Assembly: GCA_964247055.1 (NCBI GenBank)
Contig: OZ176050.1
Location: 9,424,001-9,488,000, forward strand
Reading direction: 5' to 3'
Length of the DNA stretch: 64,000 nucleotides
From: Paragordius varius
Taxonomy: Eukaryota; Animalia; Nematomorpha
Shown here: positions 55,401 through 64,000 of the stretch, one piece after another
How the letters are laid out: every line of letters begins with the position of its first letter
How positions within the stretch are numbered: the stretch's first letter is position 1
Position numbers and translations under genes: made by a program
Notes under the pieces: generated by a model
Told to the model about the DNA's origin: nothing
What the model saw: the letters and a program-made list of their open reading frames with translations, nothing else
Databases searched by the model: none

Positions 55401-55822
55401 AAATAATTATTCCCCCAAAGAACATGCCACATATTTGATCATTAAAATTATTAAAAAAATTAAAATTTTAAATACGAAGAATTCTATTTTAGTAATGATC
55501 AAAATTAGTTTGTTATTACATAAAATATAAATATTTCCATTGTTTACACAAATACCATTATATCCTCACAGATAATAAAACACCTGTGACTTTGGATAAT
55601 ATACACAATTTTTGGATGCAAAACGATGCAAGTTCCAATGCAATCAGTCCTGATTTTCCATCCCCATTTTATACGTACAAAACGCCTCATCAAATCTTTG
55701 AAGGGTTAAAACCCGGTTGTATAATAAATCTTCAGGACAAAGTTGTGTTGAACCCCACGTCGCCAGAATGGAAAAAATATTATGAAGGCCAATCCATGAC
55801 AGCTCAAACGCATTGGGAATAA
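52419..55822 (+). CDS. MRPL15: Mitochondrial ribosomal protein L15 (uL15m); exons 52419-52535, 52559-52707, 52730-52892, 52915-53293, 55572-55822; ~352 aa
   Basis: After removing 23, 22 and 22-nt introns the frame reads LPKITQFNLSHNPGA..LGYEGGQTPFY..FRREYPPL..IDIEVQWASEQVIAAIERCGG..YDP..KGEPLPRRLLPP..FYSDPQNRGYL. The last exon QIFEGLKPGCIINLQDKVVLNPTSPEWKKYY matches the conserved metazoan C-terminus. Confidence 0.92.
52536..52558 (+). other. 23-nt micro-intron (MRPL15 intron 1)
   Basis: gtatttctcaatataatccaaag; removal restores the frame leading to GYEGGQTPFY. Confidence 0.85.
52708..52729 (+). other. 22-nt micro-intron (MRPL15 intron 2)
   Basis: gtaaatattttttatatttaag (phase 2); joins FGE to NFRREY. 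Confidence 0.87.
52893..52914 (+). other. 22-nt micro-intron (MRPL15 intron 3)
   Basis: gtataatattaaacaaatttag (phase 0); joins LIDK to GLNHFNAKIDIEVQ. Confidence 0.88.
53370..55201 (+). mobile_element. 5'-truncated RTE-like LINE with a PHD-type zinc finger, inside the last MRPL15 intron
   Basis: KAPGPS; IIPIYKNKGD; QFAFRPNRST; FVDLERAFD; GLHQGSVLSPLLF; LFADDL; INATKTK; CSIC..CISC..WVHKKC..CLNC; F.YLGDVI; RPALTYGS.TW; RLYGH; GNRRKGRP; 3' (ATCC)3 tail. Confidence 0.92.
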
Positions 55823-55893
55823 AATACTTTATATAAAATAAATAAATTTTTGATTTATTAGTTTATTTTAATTGTATATATCAATATTATTTA

Positions 55894-57002
55894 TTATCGT
55901 ATCTGGACTTGTCCGCCACCTTCTTCCTTAACTTTGTGGTCACATGGGTTTGCAGTTGCTTCGTAATTACATAAGGTTATTTCTTGGCGAAAAGGCTGCA
56001 TAATGCAAACATTTTTATACCAAGGATTCATTTAATAAGGAACAAAAAAACTTTCAAACAGTAAAAATATTGCAAGCCTAAACATATTTTTTATTGGCTT
56101 TTATAATTTTTTAAAAAATAAGTAAAAACTTATGTATTTTTTGAAAGTATTTTCCGATATTTCATTAAATTGTTTCAATGAATTTGTTTACCTATTAACT
56201 AAAATTACCAAGGAATTTTATTAATCTTCAGATACTTAGAATAATATAATCATTTTATGCAAAAATAATCTCGTAAAATTCTTAAAGGCGTTGTATATTA
56301 TCTTAATAATAAAAGTAAATTGAAAAGGGATAATGTAAAATAATTACCCGAATATATTCACCATACAAGCCTATATAATAAATTTTTGTGCGCGGTTCAC
56401 CATAACTATTTGGAATGAATATTGATAAATGTTGTATGGATGAAAATTGACTAGCCCTTTATTATTATTATTATTATAACATTAAGGTGAATACTTTAGT
56501 GGATATTCTAACACATTATCAGATTCATTATTGGCTACTAATTTAAAGGTTTGATCAGCATGTGCATTTGTATCATCAAATGTCATTGTTGGTCGATTTT
56601 TAAACCTAAACATTATAAATTTAGGTTTTTACATACAATCTTATTTCGGAAGGATGTGAGTTACCTTCACCCCCAATTATAGTGAGACTTTTGACGGTGA
56701 CAACTCCTGTAAATCTAAAATATAAAATTAATATATAAACGGTATTAGGATTAATAGTTCGGGGTCCACATCAGATTCAAGCCACTTTAAATTAATGTGC
56801 ATAAATAAATAAAAAATACTTCGGATTTATCTAATCGTTGGTCATGAGGTTTAAATATTTTTTTCACAGATTTTTCTTCCAATTCATTAAGGCATACTAA
56901 ATTGCCTCTATCAATTTTTTCGTAAAGACTTTCTTTACCTCTCGCTAAATCTGACGTTTCATGGCTACATTGTTTGTTACAAGTGTGGTGATTGTGAACC
57001 AT
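55894..57002 (-). CDS. PITHD1: PITH domain-containing protein 1; exons 57002-56820, 56784-56741, 56714-56637, 56605-56495, 56456-56348, 55995-55894; 208 aa
   Basis: MVHNHH start; LYEKID..LVCLNE..IFKP; WLESDVDPELLILIPFTGVVTVK; SHPSEIRLFKNRPTMTFDD; TKIYYIGLYGE; EITLCNYEATANPCDHKV. Introns are 35, 26, 31, 38 and 352 nt with consistent phases. Confidence 0.92.
56715..56740 (-). other. 26-nt micro-intron (PITHD1 intron 2)
   Basis: gtttatatattaattttatattttag; removal restores the conserved IPFTG. Confidence 0.87.
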
Positions 57003-58451
57003 TACAAATATTTTAATGGCTCAATTATTACGGAACTTTAGCTTAAAATTTTGTTTTTTGCACGAATACACCCCGAAAACTTGTTTTTATCGCTTGCATA
57101 TATCATTACATTATATGCACACATTTATATCCTTTATGGATATAAATAAATTTAAAAACATATTTGTTTTAAATGGAATTTAATTGTCCGTTTTAAAAAT
57201 GGTGTTGAAAAAAATTATTTTGGGTATAGATTACGGAAACTTTAAGTTGTTTGGCTAATGTTATGAACGTTGCCCATGTTGTTTATCATAGAAATTCATA
57301 TATAAAGATTAAATTTTGAGAACAACTTACTATGTTTATTTAGGTAGAAGAAGTTACTATTAGAATTTAAAATAAATGGTAGTCATCTCGATATAAAACC
57401 CATTTAAACCTTAAATATTATTTAAAAATATATTAATTTTTTTGACAAGTAAAAACATATCTGTTGGTGCAAATTGTTTTGGTTTAAAATTTAACAATGG
57501 TTATTGCGGGAAAAAATCTCAATTTTAAATTGTCTCGAAAAATACGTTTCTCTCTATCGATTATGTAAGATGTGTTTATTTATCTTTTTCTGTTTTTTAA
57601 AGTCATGCTTGATCATTAATATCTTATATCGGTTATCATAACCTGAATTTTATTTAAAAGGGATATGAGGGCCATGATTGGTATGTAGTGGAAAGTAATT
57701 TAGATTTTTTGAAAAAGGAAAGGCAGATTAATATTGGCACCACCAACTATAAACGATTTGGAATTTTAGACCCCTTTTTTGCTTAAAATAGGTAATTCAA
57801 GAAATGAAATTAATATGGTGTTTACAAAATTTCTGTTTAAGGTCACAAAATATACAAATAGTAAAGCTTATATGGAAAAATCCAGATTTAAACAATTTTG
57901 TATGAAATAAAATCGCGTTTTTAAAATAATAATGTCACCATGGATCAGAAATATTTTTCAAAATGTATTTACTTTAAAATCTTTTCTTAGTCCTGTTCTA
58001 TTAAAAAATGGTAAATAAACTTGATAATTTATAGTCTTTTACATCATTATTTTGTAACATAGTTAGAGCCGCAGAAAAATTGTTTAAACGTTGTAGGAAT
58101 ATATATTTGACATATGGGCTATTGGTATGCATTATAGTAAGGCCATTATTTAAATATATTCATAGGGAGTTAATATATTGAATTTTGATCGAAAAATGTC
58201 ATAGCACAAAAGTAAATACCGATTTCCTGAAATCCTAGCAAGAATTTAAAGATATATTAATATCTTTTGAAATTTATCATGTATTTATCTTTTTATTATT
58301 CCATAATTTTATTTTTAGGTAACTAATCCCCATTAAACGGTTAAAAGAATATCTAGAATTTTATTGAATATGGCAATTTATAATGTAAGTCACTGTGATA
58401 TATTTAAAATTAACTATCAGAAAGTCGAGTTGCAAAGAATTTTAAATCCAT

Positions 58452-59390
58452 ATGCAGTCTGTATCAGAAGTTGGGTTTCAGTTTCATTACATCATGTGGG
58501 CGTTGGCTTTAACCTGTCTTGCTTTGACGTTACTTTTAGGGATTTTTATCTACCGCAAACGCACTATGAGAAATCATAAAAATGATATATTACACTTGAA
58601 ATATCTTATTCCCAAAAATTTGACTCTTAAACAACTAAAAGAATACGATGGCCTAAATGGGAAACCAATATATATTGCCGTTAACAAGCGCATATTTGAT
58701 GTGTCTCAACAGTCTGATCAATATGGACCACGTATCTTTCTTTATAATATTTTTTAGAGGGTCCATACGGATTATTTGCAGGCCGGGATGCTACGAAAAG
58801 TTTGGCAAAATTCAATTTATCCGATATTACCGATGAGCCTATTGACCTTTCAGAACTCACCACGAAAGAAATGGAAAGTGTCAAAGAGTGGGAACTCCAA
58901 TTTCAAGGTAGTTCTAGGCATATATTTTTTAGAAAAATATCCTTGTGTTGGGCGATTGATTGACATAGGAGAAGATACTAATGAATACGATCATTTTGTT
59001 GCTGAAGCCTTGAAGAACGATACAAACTTAGTAAGCACATTAGAAATACCAATCGAACATCGGTTACAACGATTATTTCATTCACAATCAGATCCATCCT
59101 TAAATAATATAAATGAAGTTTTGTTGATGGATGATACCACAAATAAAAGCAAACCAACGATTGTCGAAAAAAATAAGAAGAATAGCTTTATTAAAACAGA
59201 TTCATCATATTTATCAAGTCGCATGTCACTTCCTACAGCCTGTAATTTTGAAATAAATCAACGACAACGATCAATCTTAACTGACACAACTATTCCAACA
59301 GCCAACCATGATAATGATTACGAAAATACAATCCTTAATTTCATAAATTCGAATCAAGATGTATTGGGTGCAAATATGTATAATAGGTAA
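58452..59390 (+). CDS. PGRMC: Membrane-associated progesterone receptor component (PGRMC/MAPR, cytochrome b5-like heme/steroid-binding); exons 58452-58731, 58758-58907, 58933-59390; 295 aa
   Basis: N-terminal TM helix (WALALTCLALTLLLGIFIY); LTLKQLKEYDG..IYIAVNKRIFDVS..YGPQGPYGLFAGRDAT..WELQFQEKYPCVGRL. Introns of 26 and 25 nt are needed to join the three frames. Confidence 0.9.
58732..58757 (+). other. 26-nt micro-intron (PGRMC intron 1)
   Basis: gtatctttctttataatattttttag; removal restores YGPQGPYG. Confidence 0.87.
58908..58932 (+). other. 25-nt micro-intron (PGRMC intron 2)
   Basis: gtagttctaggcatatattttttag; removal restores QFQEKY. Confidence 0.85.
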
Positions 59391-60722
59391 ATTTATTGCT
59401 TAATTTCCTATCCGCTTTCATTTATCACGACTAATTCCACATTTAACAAAAGAAAATATATTATCTTAAAGTTAATTACTTTATGCTCAAATTTATATCG
59501 AAATAAAATTTAGATTCAATGATCACCTTAATAGCACATCCTTTTTAAATTCACCAAAAATGGTCTCCTTCGACATCAAAGATAAAATGGAATAATTACA
59601 CATCCATTTTCCGATTGTATAATAGAAACTCTCTATTTATAGAATCATTTAATATACACCAAAATAAAATTTAGGTGCATGGGTATAATCACCATATTCA
59701 ATCAATGTTTTATAAACAGTTAGAATTTGTACAAAACTATTTTCAATTTACTGTAAAGCTTAAGGGGACTTCCTATCACTACATGTCGCATTTATCACGA
59801 ATTACGGATTCTACACCGATTTTTCTATTTATTATAAATTATTGGATTACTAAATTATTATGGTTTAATCCTTTATATTTATACCAAACACACAAGTTTT
59901 CATTAATACAAGATATTTTTATTTTTTTAACCGCAAAATTCCTGATTCATAATTTTTTATACTTATCATCAGAAACATAGTATAGTTTTGATATAAAAAT
60001 TTATATTTATATGTATTTTTTTTATCTAAATATAATTTAAACCACTGTGTTCAGATATTTACTATACCAATATTCATAATAGTCTTTTTTTCTTCATTGT
60101 GACCTAATTAATTTACTAACAAAACATACAATCGTAACATAGAAAAGAGATAAAACTGTTTGTGTGACATATGCGCTGTATAACAGTAGCCAATTTTTCG
60201 TACAGTCATAATTTTTTTTGCCATATCTTATCAATTGCACACTTACTTCTTTCACGCGGATTATTTATGTAAAACTGTATTAATTTCAAACGCTCAAAAG
60301 ATTCATTTTTCAAATTGTTTTTTGTTAAAGTCATTCACATATATTATATAGCCTTTGTTGTACAAAATCAATTTTAATCATTTAATTAAATTTGTAAACT
60401 CCAATTACTAATACACAGTAATTCTTCCAATTTTAAAGCTTTAGGGAATCATATTATCAAGTTAATGAAACAGTTTTAAAGATTATAAATGATTAATGGT
60501 AAACTACCCATTTTATTTTTTTCAATCCACAGATTACGCTTATTCGATTCTAGAGATATATTAAATTACATATCAATCCATATAGCTGTATATAAAATAA
60601 ATTTGGTGTTAATAATATATGATTTAATCATGATCTTTAATATAATACTAATTAGCCGAATATTATATTAAAACTCATAGCTCACTATATTCATATTAAG
60701 ATATTTTTGGATATATCCATAG

Positions 60723-61014
60723 CAGGGGTAGCCACGACGCGGCCCGCCAAGACTTTGTGTGACCGCAAAAAATTTGGAATCCATGATTTGCAAAAAATGC
60801 TCATAATATCTTAGTAAAAATCATATTTTTTAGACATTTTTTTTAATTGAGCCTATAGCAGTAACGAGAAAAATCGTTACCTTCCGTTTCCATTGTCCAG
60901 TTTTATGTTTGAAATCTAATAAATTATTTATGTACATATAGATTTCAAATGTGGTCCGCCGAAATTTTTGAGCTAAAAATGCGGCCGAGAAGTCATTTGT
61001 GTTGGACACCCCTG
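60723..61014. mobile_element. hAT (Charlie-like) MITE
   Basis: caggggtagcca..gcggcccgcc at left; gtggtccgcc..gcggccg..gttggacacccctg at right. Flanking 8-mers atccatag / ttctaaag match at 5 of 8 (degenerate TSD). Confidence 0.75.
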
Positions 61015-61959
61015 TTCTAAAGGGTGTTTGGGTCGAGCCTCCAAAAATAGGCTATACAAAATTGTCATGTTTCAAGCAAAATATTGCATCGTACTTTTTA
61101 ATTTTTAACACCCACAGAACATTCTTAAAATGGAGTTTATAAACAGGAATTTTTTTCAAAGCACCCAAAAACATCGAGAGCAAACTTTTATATGGATTTT
61201 TTATAGCATATCAGCTAGTTTTATCCTAGTGAAAACAAAATTTCAATGGTTTTAAGCAAATAAAGTGTGTATTGATGAGAATAAAATCGCATACTATATT
61301 TTTGGGCTTATAACTAAAACAACCTCAAATAACTCTAGGTTTACAATATATGACTCGAACTATGCATCAAAAGAAAAATGGCCTGGTTTAAGGAAATGCT
61401 GGCAAAATTAACATTGTGATGAGGGATCTCTTTTAATTAATGTTGATCACGATTGGTGCAAAATTAACTATTTCCACGCTTGAGGTTTTATCCAACAAAG
61501 AGAAAATGAAACTCAAGAGATTATATGTTTTTGCGGGGTATTCTAAATATGTGAATATACGTCGAACAAATTTTTGCAATTTGCGTTTGTTATTATAACT
61601 AAATCCTAGATTTTCAAAAACAAATTATTTTGTAGAGTATCAACGAACGAAATATGCGCCAAGCCTACTTATTTCAGAAAACCAAAATATTTAAATATGG
61701 GTGGTATCAGTGCGTTAAATCTTGGCTATCCGTTTATATCTTTTGAGAACTCAAATTTTTGATTGAATGATCGGCTTTAAGAATTTAAAGAAAATTTGCA
61801 TGTCACACTCCATATATAATAAATGCAAGAAATTAAAATACGCTAAACAGATTCTGAATTTGGCTATAACTTTTTAAATCATTAATTTATTGTTATGGGA
61901 AAAATCGATGTCGATTAGTTGCTATTTCGTAGGAGTATTATCGCTAGTATGTTCGGTTG

Positions 61960-62560
61960 AATTTACGGGAAATTAATTTTTGTTATGGTAGCTTGGTTTC
62001 TTTGTACAAATCGTCGATCCAGCACGTTTTCTTTTACCGCGTTTTACCTAGCACTTTTCCTGTCATCGGCTGGTATTCTAAGTTTTTGGATCTAGTACTA
62101 TGGCCAAAGTAAACAAGTTTCATCAAGGCATGAGCTGTCATTCTTTGATGTCCAACTCTTTGAGGAATGAAGCATGCTTAGAAGATTAGATATATATCTA
62201 ATTTTGGTTTTAAATTTAATGTCATCCAATGACCATAACATATTATATTTTATCATATTGGCTTTGTCGATTGCTATTCTTCTCCTGAGGGATGCTATTG
62301 TATTAGTCGTATTGATAAGAGGTCCAAGATAAATCTATAGTGGAAGTACAGCAATTCATATCTAGGAATGTTAGGGTATTATATTGATTTTGTGAGTTTA
62401 TGCGCATAATTTTTGTTTTAATTTAATTAATGGTTGGACCAAATTTTTGACATTCGTTGATAAATTGTAATGTCTTCAGTTCAACTGAGTTCGACACAAT
62501 ATGGTGATGTCGGCCTAGTGGACTGACTTGTATTACCGGCGATTTAAATGCCAAATGATT
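61960..62560 (-). mobile_element. Heavily decayed RTE-clade LINE 3' fragment
   Basis: Minus-strand relics ADITIL, IKTKIM, IYLGPLI..LRRRIAI..LWS..IKFKTKIR, YFGH, GKVLGK..WIDDL. Confidence 0.7.
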
Positions 62561-64000
62561 TGTTTGTTTCGGATGCTTTCAATGCAGATACGCTTGAAAT
62601 TTTCACACACATATAGTTAATAAATAGGTACGTAAAATTATTAGAACAATCGAGCTTGAATAATTTCAAAATATTTTACAGAGTTTAGTTTGCTTATTTT
62701 AATATATTAAAATTTTTGCGGTCAGTTTTAAAATTATTTTAAACTTATTAATTTTATTAAATGTATATTTTTTTTAAAAATCTCATTTAAGATTTTAAGT
62801 TCTATCGTACCTTCTGGTAAATGGGGTGGGGTGTTAAAGCAAGTCAAGCGTGGCAATAAGCCAGCAAGTGTACACTTGAAGATCGGTGATAAAAAACACT
62901 TAACTCAAGTGTTTTGCTTATGAATATGAAATTTTTTTTCTCCCAATCCGAATTTAGAAATTATTTTGCTCATTTTCAACCATAATTAATAAGGCATAAG
63001 ATAAATAATATCAATATGCATTTTTTGAAGTTTTTCAAACTCGATGGCACGTATCTTATTATAATGTCATAGATTTTTTTAAATATTGAGCTCGGTACTT
63101 ATAATTTTTAAATTGATGAAACCGTTCGCCTGTAAAACACTTTTAGCATAATATTTTCTGGTATTATACATAATAATCATAGAGTATTTTTTAATTATTA
63201 ATCCTAAGCTATGGATTATCACAAAATAATTGTTTTTATATTATGCGATATTTTTTTCAAACAATAAATTTGTTGTCCCAATGTTCATCACTAATTCCAG
63301 GTGAATATATCTCCAAGCTGCATCTATTTTGCTACTCATTTTGTTAGGAGCCCATTTGCATATAATGGGATGTACAATATAACAGTACATTATTATTTTC
63401 AATTGATTATTATTAACATTACATTTGAAATAAACTTATGATGAAAAAACTCTTTACATGTTTTAATGGTATGAAGTAATCTTTGGCGTTTAATTTAGGT
63501 AAAACGAAGATTGACTTAATAAGATTTATTATTTAATTGGATAGAAATCGTCTCAATGAAATTTAAAGCGATAATCAATCGTACACCGAATTTGGAAAAA
63601 AAATAAATTTAACATATATTTTAGGATTTCATTTATCCTATCGCGATCAGTTAATTGATTAATCAAAGATTAGGGCATTATTTAAAATAATATACATATC
63701 TTCAAGTTTTACTTGGCCATATGATTTATCACCTCCGAATCAAGATTTCCTGATTGACTTAATAACCCCCCCTCCCCAATGTTAATTAATTTACCACATG
63801 AAAGCAAGCCATGACTTGAAAATCTTGCAAGTCAAACCATAAAATCACCCAACCCAATGGTGTCTATTATGAAAACTGATAATTGATTGATTATATTGCC
63901 TTTAGAAAACATGTGTTTTTATTTTATTATTAGCCAATAATATTAAATGATTCCTTCGAGTTTTTTGAAAACAGAGTTAACAAAATTCAGTTTTATAATG

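Noticed and set aside
58732-58757. Donor GTATCTTT resembling a U12-type 5' site
   Set aside because: It does not match RTATCCTT, has no CCTTAAC branch site, and is more simply an AT-rich U2-type micro-intron.
59520-59980. Possible Penelope-like RT relic (MVSFDIK) and ORF 59675-59980
   Set aside because: One short motif only, with no recognisable YxDD or GIY-YIG; insufficient support.
1-64000. CRISPR arrays, operons, tRNA/rRNA genes, telomeric repeats
   Set aside because: None recognised by eye; the ~150-bp array has no repeat-spacer structure. A tRNAscan/Rfam run would be needed to exclude small RNAs formally.

Overview
Very AT-rich eukaryotic (metazoan-type) nuclear DNA; no prokaryotic features. 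I rebuilt six intron-containing genes by hand from splice sites and reading phase: an IRF2BP-family zinc-finger/RING gene (+, 2255-6210, 3 exons, ~1243 aa), a PDE8 cAMP phosphodiesterase (-, 33046-13955, 26 exons, ~1331 aa), a very divergent serpin-like gene (-, ~43530-41661), MRPL15 (+), PITHD1 (-) and a PGRMC/MAPR cytochrome-b5-like gene (+). The most striking property is a class of spliceosomal micro-introns of 21-38 nt (seven are 21-26 nt). They sit in the same genes as 0.3-4.9 kb introns, several of which are filled with transposons. Several proteins carry large lineage-specific insertions, including three phase-symmetric exons (303 codons) inside the PDE8 catalytic domain and an over-long serpin reactive loop with an RKKR site. 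Non-coding DNA holds three decayed RTE-clade LINEs, a deleted mariner, a Ty3/Gypsy relic with an inverted protease segment inside a degenerate ~150-bp tandem array, several MITEs, (TA)n tracts and an unexplained GC-rich structured island upstream of MRPL15. The species cannot be determined from the sequence. All homologies were recognised by eye from remembered family motifs; no database search was run.
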